Under the pieces are notes generated by a model, which was given only the letters and a program-made list of their open reading frames with translations, was not told the origin of the DNA and made no database searches. Source: the human T2T-CHM13v2.0 reference genome, Homo sapiens. From it: a stretch of 64,000 nucleotides of DNA. A program made the translations under genes and the position numbers. This document shows, piece after piece, positions 12,824 to 26,994 of the stretch; within the stretch, counting starts at the first letter, position 1; each line of letters begins with the position of its first letter. The stretch lies in assembly GCF_009914755.1 (NCBI RefSeq), contig NC_060933.1; one strand, written 5' to 3'.

Positions 12824-15635
12824 CTTAAAACAATCAAAAGAATTTCAAATTTGTTAATCCTTTGGAAAACCACCAAACTATTTGCTATGCAGATAACAGA
12901 AAACATTCATGGTAAAAAGATTTCTCTTACAAATTATGGAGAAAATGGCAGGTGTTATCCAAACCAAAATACATTGTCTGGCCAATTTTAAATAATTACA
13001 TCTTGATCTTGACCTCAGCAGGAAGCCCAGGAGTTGAGGGCTGTTGTCTGTGCTTTGGTCAGGAAAGGAACCACCTTCAGAACCATTATTACCAAAGGGA
13101 TTTGGAGAAATGTTCCTCTAAGGGGAAAGATAATAAAACAGAGAGCTCTGGTTTGGTTTCTTGAAAGGCCATTAAGTGGAACTAAAAGGCTCCTCTAAGA
13201 TACTGGTCAGAAGCTCTACAAAAGAGACCCTCCCGAATTTCACATCCCCTTCTAATTTGTTTCAGTGAAAATAATTCAAAACATTGCATAGTAACTCATG
13301 ACATGCATTATGTTAAATAAAAGCGTACCTGAGTTGATTACATTTTAGCTGACTGACACATACCTTTGAAAGCTGCATAAGCAGGTCTCCTTGTGCCTTG
13401 CCAAGACAAAAAGGATTTGCAGTGCCGTGATCTGCTAGTGCCTTAAAATACTGCCATCTCGTCTTCTGTCTCTGGGAGCTCTAGGGCTCCAATCTAAGCT
13501 CGCTGCAGTTTGAATACTGCATTGTTTACCTATAGAAATCTTGCTGCCACCAAGATCCTATTTCCTAATTTCTGTCACAGTAAATAGGTTGATGGTTTTT
13601 TAAAAAAGTTACAAACATGAGATGCTTTTAATTGTTCAAGAACCTGCTGGATATTAAGATGCAAGCTTTTCTGTTTCTCTATCAGACAACATCAGACAGG
13701 GATGGATCATACTTAGGCCTCACTCCCAGCTATCCTTAGGAAAATTCTAAAAAAAAAAAATCAGTGGGAATAAAGACATCAGCCAAAAAATGAGTTCATT
13801 GTTCATAACATATCTTGTTAGACAACAGGCTACAGTGGCACTGCATAGAGCTAAGCCCAATTGATTAAATATGGATATATAAGTTGATTGAATCAATTCT
13901 ATAAGAAATTAAATTACAGGTTTTATATTCATTTGAAATCATTTCTGTAAGAAATTGAAAGATAGATTCAAGGTCAGAAACCATTCCTTTCTTACAAACT
14001 TTATCTGTATAAGAAAATAGATGTGACTTAAGTCATTCTATTTATATGTCTTTTCTAGGTATATCACCCACAAAAACCAAAACAACCACCTGAAGCTGCA
14101 TTCTCAAATTATGTTAAATGAATCCCTGCTATATGGAGAGAAGTAACCAAGCCAGGAATTTCAGGTGGGCAGATTTCAGAAGCAAATGATTCTGGAAGCA
14201 CATGAGAGCAGTACCACAAAGAGCAGTACAGTGAGGTCAATTGAGTCGGACAGAACTTCAGGTTCCTAAACGGTTCATTTCTTCTCTTTATTAACAATAA
14301 GGAATTAATTAGGCTTATGGCCCAGACAAGTCAAGTACTGCTAGATTTAGTTCTCAGCTCTGTCACTGGCTATGTAAATCCCTACTGTCCCAGATTCCTC
14401 AGAATATTTGAGGCTTGGTAAGTTGCTCCCATCCTTCCCAATAGCAGGATTAGTAAATGTGTCCGTGGAAACTTTATGGCAATTAACAGAAAGGAAGAAT
14501 ACAGCAATTTATCACCATAGACCTTTGCTCAGCTATTGGAGAAGGGGAGGACTAGACAGCCCTGGCAACATGGGATCTGGGAGGAGGGTGGAGAAGAGCA
14601 GGGAAGCTCCTCTTTGGGGCCAAGCCCATGAGAGCAGCCAGCTAGCCATATAATGGCCGTGGCTTTGACTTCCAGCTCCACCTTGAAACCCAGACAGTAT
14701 CATGACCAAATGAATGTATCCAAACACTCCAGTCAGATAAAAGGGATCAGTACTGGAATGCTCAGAGCTGGGAGGCAGCTACCATGAAAGCTAATCCAGG
14801 CATGCTGCCCCAATATGTTCTACAAATGCCCAACTACACAGTAAAGCATTCAAATGAGGTTAAACTAAAATGAGGCAAGATACAGACGAGAGCAGGGATG
14901 AAGACTTACACTGGCTGGAGACAGTCCATCGCCAAGCAAATAAAGCCACCCAAATCAAAGACAGAGGCAAACAAAAATTAAATCTTATCCCCAGAGTGGT
15001 AAGTAGCAGTTCGCTGCTGAGGGTCTGCTATTCAGGTCACTCTAACAGAGCTCAACTATGCCAAAAGCAATCCAGTAGGGATCCACTCAAAACCTGACAA
15101 AGCCACTTCTAAGAAAGTCAGATGCTTCGTAGACAATCATTAGATGGTATACCTACAGGTCAAGGAACTTCATGATTTCACACCTGCCAGGGAGAATTCG
15201 AATTGTCAAAATGTCAAAGTCAAATGAGAGAGTACAGGGGCAGCAGGGAAGTGCCTGGTGAGAAAAAGGAGTCATCTCTTATTCATGAGGCTATCACTCA
15301 CTTGTGGAGGAGAAACTTAAGACCAAATAATTGCACCTTTTCAAAGTCATTGATAAGGATGTATGAACTACCTCATGGAAAACATGGAATTAAATAAGAG
15401 CAACAACGTCCTTTTTTATTTGAGACAAAGAGAAAAAAAAAACACATTAAACTGGAGGAGAGGGAAATGTCTGAATTCAAAGCTCAGATGGGAATTAGAA
15501 ACCGGCTATTGTCAGGTAAAGGCTCCGTGGTCATACATAATTAAAACTCATGCAGCCAGTGTCTTCTCAGCAATGAGAGATCTCAGAAAACTAAGATGGG
15601 GGGCGGGGAGAAAGCCCGCAGGAGCAGCTGCTGGT

Positions 15636-15778
15636 CCACTAGTTCTCAAACTCTTACGCACGTTTGAATTCCCTAGAGCTGTATAAAAGTAGAGATTCCC
15701 AGGCTGAAGAGCTCTGGGGATAGGACCCAGGCATTTGTACTTTTTAAAGTACAGTTGATCCGGTGTGTTGAAACCATT
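15636..15778. mobile_element. MER5-like hAT-Charlie element
   Basis: CTAGTTCTCAAACT..GATTCCCAGGC..GGACCCAGGCATTTGTACTTTTTAAAG..TTGAAACCATT. Confidence 0.6.
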
Positions 15779-16012
15779 AAATCTGGCTGAGAGGAGCTAT
15801 GAACTCATAACCATTCCCAGTTTTCCAGAAGAAACTGATGTAGCAAATTTAAAAGAATTTTTTTTAAATAAGGAGAGGTTCTACCACTCAGGGAACACCT
15901 AAGCACCACAGCCCCAGATTCCAGCTGCTCTGAAGTTCCATCTATAGTTCCCTCTCCACTGGAGCACATTTAGAAAAGCCCAGAGAAGGTTCTGGACCTC
16001 ACCCCACTGCAC

Positions 16013-16296
16013 TTACTGAACTGAACCCAAACTTCCCATTAGAGAGGGAGCGATGGCTTACACGCTGAACTTAGTGTTGATCTGGGCTGCAGTCCTCACC
16101 CTGCCATTTTCTATATAAGCTTAGACAAGTTCCCTAACTTATCTGAGCCTCAGTTACCTCAGATCTCTCTCAGAGGGTTGTTTTGAGATTTGAGAGAGAA
16201 CACATGTAAATCAGCTTGCAGAGTGGCACACAGGGCAGGGGGCCTAGTAAACGTTTATTTGTTCATTTGTTTAAGGGACTATGCTGCTGCCAGAGA
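16013..16296 (+). repeat. MIR plus flanks, copy 1 of an ancient local duplication (copy 2 at 17547-17833)
   Basis: MIR core with non-MIR flanks TTACTGAACTGAACCCAAA and AAGGGACTATGCTGCTGCCAGAGA shared with copy 2. Confidence 0.75.
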
Positions 16297-17546
16297 CTGG
16301 ATTTGAATTGTCAGCCTCAAAAATCCCCTTGCCTTGTGATAGCTCTCCAATCCTCTGCACACCAATGTGTGCCTAACCCTGAGGCTGACCTTTGATGTCC
16401 CAGAAGGGTCCCGATCAGAAGGTCTGGATTCATGAATAGAATACACAAGCTAATCTGGTAGGATGTGGTACAATGATTTTTGATGTCAAAGATGTTTCAT
16501 GGTGCCTTGCACATTGCAGATGAATAATAAATGAATATTTGCAGGCTGGATTATTCAAAGAAGACTTGGAGTTAACCTGTGAATTTCACTTTAGGGTGAT
16601 TCTCCTTTTTCTTCACATGCAATAAAAGTGACTGAAGAATGTGATCGTACACAAGCTGGAGCATTTTCCCCCATCTGTTTTAGTTTCTAAATCTTTAAAA
16701 CTAATTAATGGTTACTAACAAAACATAGAAGCAAACAGCAGTAGAGAACAATTTAATGGTCCTGCCTCAGTACTAGAGGAAAACTGCTCACAGCTAACTC
16801 TGTCTCATAAAACTCCAGTTTCAGGGGGGAGAAGGTGACATCCCTCTGCCTCTAGACAGGTGAGAGGAAATTGAGAATAAAAGATGGACCAACACGTACT
16901 CCCTCAAGATGATACACTCAGAACAGATTTGACAGCACAGAGAACGGCTCTGGCCTTCTGCTCTGCTGGTCAAACTGGCACAAATACTGAAAAGATGAAG
17001 CAGGAAAAAGAAATTGAAACATTCTGGGCAACTTGTAAATTCCTAGGTCTATCAGGGAGTCTAACAACCCATTAGGCAACTGGAAAAACAGGCAACTATC
17101 TTCACGGCTCTGCTCCATTTTCTCATATCAATATCTAGCGTTACACAATAATGCTCAGCAGATGACTGAGTTCCTCTTTCACCATTTTGAGCTATCATTC
17201 ACAAGGGAAGGGCATGAGGACACAGTTGCAGGTCAGTGAGGGTGGGTGGGACACCGGCTTGGGAAACTGAATGCAGGGAGGCAAGGCTGGATGAGCAGGT
17301 CCAGGAAAGCCCGTACTGCTCCACACAAAGGAAGAGAGAGCATCAGGAAGAACAGGGACTCATCCTCTCCCTGGAAAAGGGCTAAAAACCAATCATTGCA
17401 AATTCACCTTGTTCAAAGCTTCTTTTCTGATCACAATGGGCTAGATGGTCTCTGAGAAGACCTGGGAGGTTTATTTTACCAACAGAAACATTTGTATTTG
17501 TTTAAGTGGTGAAGTATGAAACCTCTGTGATGAAATGGCTGCTGTT

Positions 17547-17833
17547 TTACTGACTGAACCCAAAATTCTCACCAGGGAGCTAGCAATGGCGTCCCACACT
17601 GGACTTGGAGTTGATCTGGACTCCAGCTCTGGGCCTGTCATTTCCTAACTATGTAACTTTGGGCAAGTGTCCTAACTCATGTGAGCCTTGTATCCTTAAA
17701 TCCACCTAAGAGGCTTGTTGAGGTTTGAATGTGAGAATACAAGCAAATCACCTTGTATAGTGACAACACAGAGCAAGGGCCTCGTGAACATTCATTTGCT
17801 CATTCATTGAAGGGACTAGGGTGCTACCAGAGA
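17547..17833 (+). repeat. MIR plus flanks, copy 2 of an ancient local duplication
   Basis: TTACTGACTGAACCCAAA .. GTTGATCTGG .. AAGGGACTAGGGTGCTACCAGAGA. Confidence 0.75.
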
Positions 17834-17859
17834 TGCCACTGGGAAAAACTCCATTTCCC

Positions 17860-18140
17860 AGCCCTATTTTCCCCAGAACTCACCGCTCAGATTTTAGTAA
17901 GCATAGTGCAAAAATAGTGGTCCATGGTCAAATAAGTATAGGAAAAGCTGGAGTCAACAACGTCAAACTAGTTTGCTCACTTGCCCAAGAGCCATAAATA
18001 AGCTGATGTGTGCTATGAGCTGCAGAGAAGATCAGGGTGAGGGAAATAAAACCTGCAGCATTTCTCAAGCATAATTCTTCAAGGAACATCTGTTATGACA
18101 CACACGTGAAACATGCCCCCAAAGAGTTCAGGAAACGCTC
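17860..18140. mobile_element. Charlie4a/4z-like hAT element
   Basis: TCCATGGTCAAATAAGTATAGGAAAAGCTGG..CTGCAGCATTTCTCAAGC..GGAAACGCT. Confidence 0.55.
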
Positions 18141-19261
18141 ATCAGGAACAAAGGTTAGTAATACATGGGAGTGAGTGGCTCACCCAGTCACCCCATGGGA
18201 TCTGACATTTCCTGACTGGTGTTTACCTAGGTGACAGAGGAGACATTCTGGAGCCAGAAACAATGATAATGCTACCAGGAAAGTAGAACACCACCCAAAG
18301 GAACGCCACACCAGCCCAGCCCAGCTCCTCCTCACTAGGGGCCAGCACAATATCCATTCGGTGACTTTTATTTCATGAGAACATATCTCTACCTTTATAA
18401 AGCATACTGTCAACAGAAAAGTCAGATTTTCTTACTGAAAGAATCACTTTTTGTGTGAATGGATCAATTTTTCAAAGTGTGAAAACCTGTGCCATGAGAG
18501 TTGACTCTGCCACCGATGAGAAGAAAGGATTTGGGGTTATTTCTAAATTTCTCATATAAAATATCTTTTTCGATAGTTTTATGCTGGACTACCTCAAATG
18601 CACATAATTTATACTTGCATAAAATGCCAGTAGGCTTTCCTCATAGGCAGTCAAGTCACGAGTGTTCTTTCAAAACTATTCTCTAATCTGCCTCTTCATT
18701 TCCCTTCTACAGCCACCAACCCTGCCACACTCACCAGGATTGTGGCGAAACCTCCCAGGCTCCATGCTTACAATATTTCCCCTTCCAACGCTTTCTGCAT
18801 CCTGCCAGTTTAACCTCCAAAATCAATCATTATTATATTCCTCAAAGACTTAGATGTTCCCCCTTTGTATATGGAATACCCAAACTCAACCTGGCTACTG
18901 GCATTTGAGCTTTCTCTCCCACAGGACTCCAGCCCCTAGACTCTTACACCGACATCTCAAGCCCCTGGCCCACCTTGCCTCTTCCCAACCCCCTGCCTCT
19001 GTGCACACCAGTCTCCCTGCCAAGTTTGTCCACCCACTCTTGCCAACTCTAAATCCACAAGAACTCCCAATACTTAGGTCCACAGAATCATTCCACATGA
19101 CTCCGGTCCAGTCCTCCCCTCACCTACCTTCCACAGCAGGTTCTGTGCATTCCATTTAGCCCTTCGCCTTTTATTAACTTCTGTTGCTATTTAATTGTTT
19201 CTACTAATATTTCAATGTTCATGTGTCTTTGACTTTCCCCACAAGTAAACTCCAAGTTTCG

Positions 19262-19390
19262 TAGAAACAGAAAGTACATCATACACTTTCTATCTTAGAA
19301 ACAGAAAGTACATCATACACTTTCTATCTTAGAAACAGAAAGTACATCATATTTTCTATCTTAGAAACAGAAAGTACATCATACACTTTC
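19262..19390 (+). repeat. 34-bp minisatellite, ~3.8 copies
   Basis: Unit TAGAAACAGAAAGTACATCATACACTTTCTATCT at 19262, 19296, 19330 (32-bp variant) and 19362 (partial). Confidence 0.97.
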
Positions 19391-20349
19391 GCCAACAAGA
19401 ATAACATGGAGAGGAGGAAGAGGGCGAATGCACGGGCTAGCTAGTGAACTTAAGTAGGAAAATTCACCCCCCATGAAGGAAAGCATTTATGCCAACGTCC
19501 ACTTTCCAAAGACATGGGTCTCCTCCCTCATAAATACCACAAGGAATGTACCTTGCCCTCCTTCAAGTTCCAGGCTCATTACTGGCAGAGAAGGAAGCAG
19601 GAAAATAAATAAATTGGGGCAGATGTAACTATACCAGATAAGACAGTAAGGTGATGAAATCTTACAGTCATAAACTCCTGCTGAGGTTAACAACTTCTGG
19701 CTTTAAATTTTCTTTCCTTTCTTAGAGGTTGTGACTGAGGAGAACTTATGTTTTTGCATTCAATGCTTTTTTGAGAAAAGGGGACACAAAACAAGGAGCT
19801 GTGTACAGTATGTGCATTTATATACATACACATTATCTATGCATATATATAAATGCAGAAAAGTAACATGAAAAACACTTCAAAAAATCACTACCGCATC
19901 CTTCAAATTTGCAACCCCTCAAAAGTACAGAGTATACCAAAAACATCAGCATGACAAAGCCACTAGAAATCATCATGGCCTTCACTTCCTTTGTGGAAGA
20001 ATTACTGTTCTTTCTTACTATCTGGAAGATGAAAATAGGGATCTGAGCCTCCTGAGTTATTGTCTCTATCATTTATTTAACCCTGTTCCCTGCTAAATAA
20101 AGCAACCATTCTACATCTGATAACATAAATAATATTCAATTCACTAATTGTCAAGTTTCCTCCTCAGAATGCAAAGCAAAAAGTTATGAAAAATCAAAGG
20201 TTCTTGTGGGATGAGCAGGGAGCAGACTAGACTGCAAGGCAAACAATGATCTCTCACCTGCACGTTTAAATGACACCTGTTTCTGGGGCACTGTGATGAA
20301 TCAAAAGCAAGTCTCCTTACTTAAATTTTAAAGCCTAAAAAACAGAGAA

Positions 20350-21285
20350 TACATGTCTCATTCCAGCAATAATAGATAAGCATATTTTAAAAACTGGATA
20401 AAATTTAAACATTAACATCTCTTTGAGGGCATCTAGGTGTTACCAAGACAACCATAACCTGAAAGTCCAAACTCCCAGAGTAAGGACACACAGAAGCCAC
20501 CCAACACTCTCTCCCCACCACCACCACTGAGGTATTTACTGATGTGTAAATTTCACAAGCAGAAAGGGAAGCAAAGGAGAAAACAGCTGCTAGAGGGATG
20601 ATAAACTAAGCACAGCTGTCCCCACTGATGAAGAGACAATAATTGGAGTTCAGGGCCTACCAAAGTGGACAGACCTGGGTATCTAATCTGGGCTTTCATT
20701 TGGGACTCCTAAAAGGCTACACCTGGGTAGGGAGATTGAGTTGAGATTATAAAAATTTTAACTGCCTACCAGAAGCTCAAAAAGAACACTCCTCGGTTGA
20801 AGAATACACCATCAAGAGCCTCCATCATTTTTTATTTACAGTGCCCAACATTCAATTAAAAATTACCGGGCATACCAAGAGATAGAACCAATAGGAAAAA
20901 AAAGCAGACAACAGAAACAGATTCACAGGTGATCTAGATATTGGGATTATCAGGCATAGACTTTAAAATAATTAACATGTTTAAGAAAATGGGTGACAAT
21001 TTCACCAAAGAACTAGAATATATATAATACATATATATTCATATATATGAGTCAGATGGAAATTCTAGAACTGAAAAATACAATGTAATAGAAGAAATTA
21101 AGAATGCTATAGATGGGTTACAGCAAAAAGACCCAGCTGAAGAGAGAATTGGTGATCTAGAAGATAATAGTTCAATAGAAAATGCCCAGGGTAAAACACG
21201 AAAAGGAAAAAGACAGAAAAATACAAAGAAAACCAAAACAGAGTATTTGAATCTATGAAAGGGAACTCATATGTATTGAGTACAT
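20350..21285 (+). mobile_element. Ancient L1M 5' UTR/ORF1 remnant
   Basis: GATATTGGGATTATCAGGCATAGACTTTAAAATA..GAAATTCTAGAACTGAAAAATACAAT..GAAATTAAGAAT..GATGGGTT..CAGCTGAAGAGAGAATTGGTGA resembles old L1 ORF1 coiled-coil region. Confidence 0.75.
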
Positions 21286-21848
21286 GAAGCAGGCTAGACA
21301 CAGTTGTTTTAAAGTAACTAAGCTTCATTTCATCAGATACAGTTTATTAATACATTTTCCAAATTTGAGGAAAAAAATTCATAGCTAATATTTGAAAGAG
21401 CTTTTATTTTTCAAAACATATTTATAATAATAAGAGTTTAGAGATCACTTTACCATGTACAAGGTATGAAGCCTAGCAAAAGAACATGATGTTTTCTGAA
21501 ACTGAAAAAAACTACGTTTACATGCTGCTATCACGCACTCTCTGGACACTCTACAAGCCTCACTTAATAAAGTTCTAGAAAGCTATTGGGAGGAATAAAT
21601 GAGCGAAGATACATAAAATATCTAGCAAGAATACATGGAAAAAATGAGTGTTAGGTCCCTTTCCTCCTCCCCCCAGGCCTCACTTACGTAAATAACATTT
21701 GCTGAGTGTCTACAGTGGGCTATTTATTCAACTTAGTCACCTATGAATCAAGCAAATGCAATATACATCTATTTCAGGTCCCATATCAAAAATAAGTGCT
21801 GTATCCTTGGGCCGACAATAGTAAAGTATATAGTTAAAAGAATATGTT

Positions 21849-22143
<295 letters not shown>

Positions 22144-22805
22144 GGATATGTTGAATTTTGCCTCACTGGCTTAAAGAATGGTGGTGACACTGTCAGAAAT
22201 ATTGAAGAAGTGCTGGTTTAGTGAAGAAGGTGAAGAGTTTGTCCCAGAATAGTTTGGGTTTTAGATGCTAGCATGTCCACTAGTTGGAGATGTGCCTCAA
22301 TAATTAGAAACCCAAAGCTAGAGCCCAGAGGAGAGGCAGAAGTTGAGATCGGGTAGATAAAGCCAAGGAATGGCTGAGGCCACCATGGGAAAATGTACCG
22401 CAGGAAAGAAGGGTCAATAAACTAAATATAGCCAGTGCAACTGGAAGAAGTCAATGGGTTCCCACAGCCAGAGTGAGCATCAGAACATAACATGGGTCTC
22501 CTGGGGCTTTCTTTATCCCTTGAGTCGTAATCATGTCCTACTAACGAGATCAAGGCTCCTTATCACAGGATTTCATAGCAGCCTACACTTTTCCTTTGTG
22601 GCCCTTACTCTAATTGTATTTAGGTAATTTTTTGGTGAAATAATAGGTTCATTGCCTTTTCTCCTAGATTTTATGATCCTTGAGGGCAGGTGGTGTCTCT
22701 TTTGTGTCCATAACCACATCCCCAGTACCTAACTAGCACAGTATCTTGCAGGTAGTAAGCACCTTTCAATAATCTGATGAATAAAACAATAAGTAAAATC
22801 AACTC

Positions 22806-22960
22806 AATGGTTATGAGTCTAGAATGCTGCTACTCACAGTATGGTGCAGCAGCAACAGCATCACCTGAGTGCTTGTGAGAAATGCCAATTATCAGGCTGG
22901 ACCTACTACATTACAACCCATAGATGTTTCGTCTGCACATAAAAGTTTGAAAAGCACCGG
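22806..22960. mobile_element. MER5B-like hAT element
   Basis: TGCTACTCACAGTATGGT..AGCATCACCTGAGTGCTTGTGAGAAATGC..GCACATAAAAGTTTGAAAAGCAC. Confidence 0.7.
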
Positions 22961-23127
22961 CTCAGTGTAGGAACTTTTGACAACTAGGCCAAGAAAGCCT
23001 TCCCCTGAATGAGTGGAGAGAGATGCAAGAAATGATTCGACTGAGTAGCCTGGTTTCAACCACATTCAGAATTATTTGAGAACCAATCAGGATGGCATAA
23101 TGACTGTCTGACTGTCTGCCCCTAAAT

Positions 23128-23310
23128 CAGAGGTTCTCACTTTGGCTGCATTTCAGAGTCACCTGGAGAGCTTTAGAAAATACTAATGCCTGGTTCCCAC
23201 CTCCCCTCCACAGAGATTCTGATTTAATGAGTCTGCAGCCTGTCTGGGCCACTGGGATTTGCAAAGCTCCCCAGGTAATTATAATGTACGCCCAAGGTTG
23301 AGAACCACCT
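23128..23310. mobile_element. MER5A hAT element
   Basis: CAGAGGTTCTCACTTTGGCTGCATT..ACCTGGAGAGCTTT..AGATTCTGATTTAAT..GCTCCCCAGGTAATT..GGTTGAGAACCAC. Confidence 0.85.
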
Positions 23311-24134
23311 CCCCAGATAACCAGCTCCTGCAATCACCAAGGCCGTCCCAAATCAAGGTTCTATTACTACTGAAGAAAAGGTTTTTTGTCTCATCCCCTA
23401 GGATTATTTGATTGATCCTGGAGAGGAAGAGTATTCTGTCTTGCTCCAGTGCTTCCAGACCTCCTCCATGACTCACTTAGCTGCTTGACTAATTGACTAA
23501 TTGACTGAATCTCCAGTCTCCGTTGCCTGGGCTTCCCATCTCTGTTTTCAGGCTACCCACACTTTCCTCACTCAGCTTAGACATTCCAAGCCTTAGACCT
23601 TGCTTGGACCTTTCCTTAGAAGAATTCACATATTACTTGTCCTTTCCCGGTATGGCTTGAGCTCTTGGTTTGAAAAAAGGCAGCAGACTCTCACCTCCTT
23701 ACAGGAGTTCATCCTAAAATACAAAACATTTGCCCTTCTCTGTTGTTTAGACAAACTTCCATTGAACTAGAGCCCTACTCATTTTCCCAGGACTGGCTTC
23801 CCTTCTGTCTCTTGTCTCTCACCCCAAAAACTACATCATGAAGAACAAAAGCTCCTGTGTCAAAAGACTTGCATTTCAATTTAGAACAGTCAGTTTCTCA
23901 CACATCTTAACAAAAGTTAAAACCATGCAGTTCATTCTCTTTATAGCAATGGCTTGGAGACAGCCACCTAACCACAGTGTTCCTCCCATAAGAAGGGCTC
24001 TAAACCTAACTCAGTTGTTTTCCTATGGGCTTCAGGGGTTTGTGATGCCTTCCCCTTAGTTGTTATGCAAAATGTAATGAACATATGCATACTCTTCTAT
24101 CCAGAAACCCATAATTTTCAAGAGTCTTGAGACA

Positions 24135-24565
24135 CATAAAATGATGCTCGACATCACTAATCAATTGGAAAAATGCAAATCAAAACCATAATGAGATACC
24201 ACTTCACCCCATTAGGATAGCTATTATGAAAACAACAACAGCCAAAAACTACAAGTGTTGGAAAGGGTGTGGAGAAATTGTGTATTGCTGATGGGAATGT
24301 AAAATGGTGCAGCCACTGTGGAAAACAGTATGGCACTTCCTCAAAAAATTAAACACAGAATTACCATAGGATCCAGCAATCCCACTTCAGGGTATATGCC
24401 CAAAAGAATTAAGCAGTGGAACTAGAAAAGATATGTGTACAGGAGTGTTCACAGCCACATTATTCAGAAAAGCCAGTAAGTGGAAACAACACAAATATCC
24501 ACTGGCAAATAAATTTCAAAATGTGGTATACACATACAATGCAATATAATTCAGCTTTAAACAGG
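24135..24565 (+). mobile_element. L1MB-type ORF2-end/3' UTR fragment
   Basis: AATGCAAATCAAAACCATAATGAGATACCACTTCAC..GGGAATGTAAAATGGTGCAGCCACTGTGGAAAACAGT..GAATTACCATAGGATCCAGCAATCCCACT. Confidence 0.88.
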
Positions 24566-25028
24566 ATTGCCTTCAAGCAGAGTAAGGCATCTCCCTCAGT
24601 TTCCCAGAGTTCCTTGGACAGAGCTTCTGCATATTATGTTGTAATTATTTATTTGTCTGTACTAGAAAGTGAACCCTGGAATACAGAGACTGTACCTATG
24701 CACTACGGGTCCCTAGAACATGGCTTAATCAATGGTCATTAAATGAATAATTGAATAAAAGAATGAATAAACTAAGATTATTTTAAAATTATATAAAAAA
24801 CTATACATCAATAAGAAAAATACAAACAACACAGTACCAAACTAGGAACTAGGCACACACAGGCATGTCACAGGAGAGGAAACAAATATGGCCAATGCAA
24901 AAAGAAAAGCTAGCCAGTTGCAGTGGCTCACACCTGTAATCTGAGCACTTTAGGAGAATGAGGTGAGAGGATCTCTTGAAACCAGGAGTTTAAGACCAGC
25001 CTGGGCAACAAAGTGAGACTGTGTCTCT

Positions 25029-25217
25029 AAAAGAAGAAGAAGAAGAAGGAGAAGGAGAAGGAGGAGAAGAAGGGGAAGAAGAGGAAGAAGGAGGAGGAGG
25101 AGGAAGAAGAAGAGGAGGAGGAGGAGAAAAAGGAAGAAAGGAGGGAGGGAGGGAAGGATGAAAGGAGGGAAAGAAGGAAGGAAGGGAGGGAGGGAGGGAG
25201 GAAGGAAGGAAGGAAAA
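25029..25217 (+). repeat. Complex (GAA/GGA/GGAA/GGGA)n purine tract in the Alu linker
   Basis: About 190 bp of A/G containing a single T. Confidence 0.97.
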
Positions 25218-25360
25218 GTTAGCCATCCATGGTGGTACATGCCTGTAGTCCCAGATAACTTGGGAGGCTGAGGCAGGAGGATCTTTCAGCCTGGGGGTTC
25301 GAGGCTGCAAATAGCTATGATTGTGCCACTGTACTCCAGCCTGAGGGATAGCAAGACCCT

Positions 25361-25410
25361 GAAGAAAGGAAGGAAGGAAGGAAGGAAGGAAGGAAGGAAG
25401 GAAGGAAGGA

Positions 25411-25470
<60 letters not shown>

Positions 25471-25566
25471 GAAAGAAAGAAAGAAAAGAAAGGGAAAGAA
25501 AGAAAAGAAAAGAGAAGAAGAAGGGAGGGAAGGAAGGAAGGAAGGAAGGAAGGAAGGAAGGGAAAA
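25361..25566 (+). repeat. (GGAA)11-(GAAA)n-(GGAA)8 pure purine microsatellite
   Basis: (GGAA)11 at 25368-25411, then a GAAA run, then (GGAA)8 at 25528-25559. Confidence 0.97.
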
Positions 25567-26047
25567 TGAAAAGCTAATCGCAATCAGTAGTGAATAGGAA
25601 AATGTAAGTCAAGGCCACAGTGAGATATCACTTTAAATGATTCAATAGGCAAAAATATCAAAAGTCTCACAATACTAAGTGTTGGAGAGATGTCGATCCA
25701 CAGGATCTTTTACATGCTTCTGGTAAGCATATAAATTAGTGCAACCTTTGAGGAAATGGTTTGATATTATCTCCTAAAGTAGAATATTTTCACTCTAGCA
25801 ATGCCATTCCATTCTTAGATATATGCCATAAGAAATTATTGTTGAAATACAATAGGAGACATGTACAAAAATGTTCATAGCATCACTTTCATACAGTAAA
25901 ATCCTAGAAACAATCATGATGCCCATAAATAGGGCAGCAAATGAATAAACTGTAGTCTATTCATATAACAGAGTATTATTCAGCAGTCAAAACAAATGAA
26001 CTAAAACAACCTGCAGCATTGTGACTGAATTGTAACAATATATTGTA

Positions 26048-26653
<606 letters not shown>

Positions 26654-26994
26654 TAATATTAAGTGAAAAAAAGTTAAGTTCCAAAAGATTACATAGAGCA
26701 GGATATAGCCATTTTGTAAACTGAAAAACAACTAAATATTTTAAATGCTTTACATGAAAACACATAGATGCAAGAAAATTAAATAGAAAGAAAAGCAAAG
26801 GAATGATGAACTCTGAATTATCTGAATCCAGGTTGATGGTACCCTGGTAGAAGGAAGCAAGAAGATGGGATTGTGAAGGGCACATATAGTTAGATGTCAC
26901 TTTACTGTTAAGGTCCCAGCTTTTATATTAGACAGCAGGTTTCTAGATGTTTATTACATTATTATAAACAAATAAGTAAAAGGGAGGCCTTGCA

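Larger units (their letters stand above)
24912..25570 (+). mobile_element. AluJ with expanded purine linker and tail
   Basis: Left arm 24912-25028, right arm 25218-25360; TSD GAAAAGCTA on both sides. Confidence 0.92.

Noticed and set aside
19262-19390. CRISPR-like 34-bp palindromic repeats
   Set aside because: Units are head-to-tail with no unique spacers, there are no cas genes, and the context is primate DNA; this is a minisatellite.
24950-25583. 197-aa and other long low-complexity ORFs (PSFL, KERK repeats)
   Set aside because: These are translations of purine microsatellites and Alu sequence, which lack stop codons by composition.
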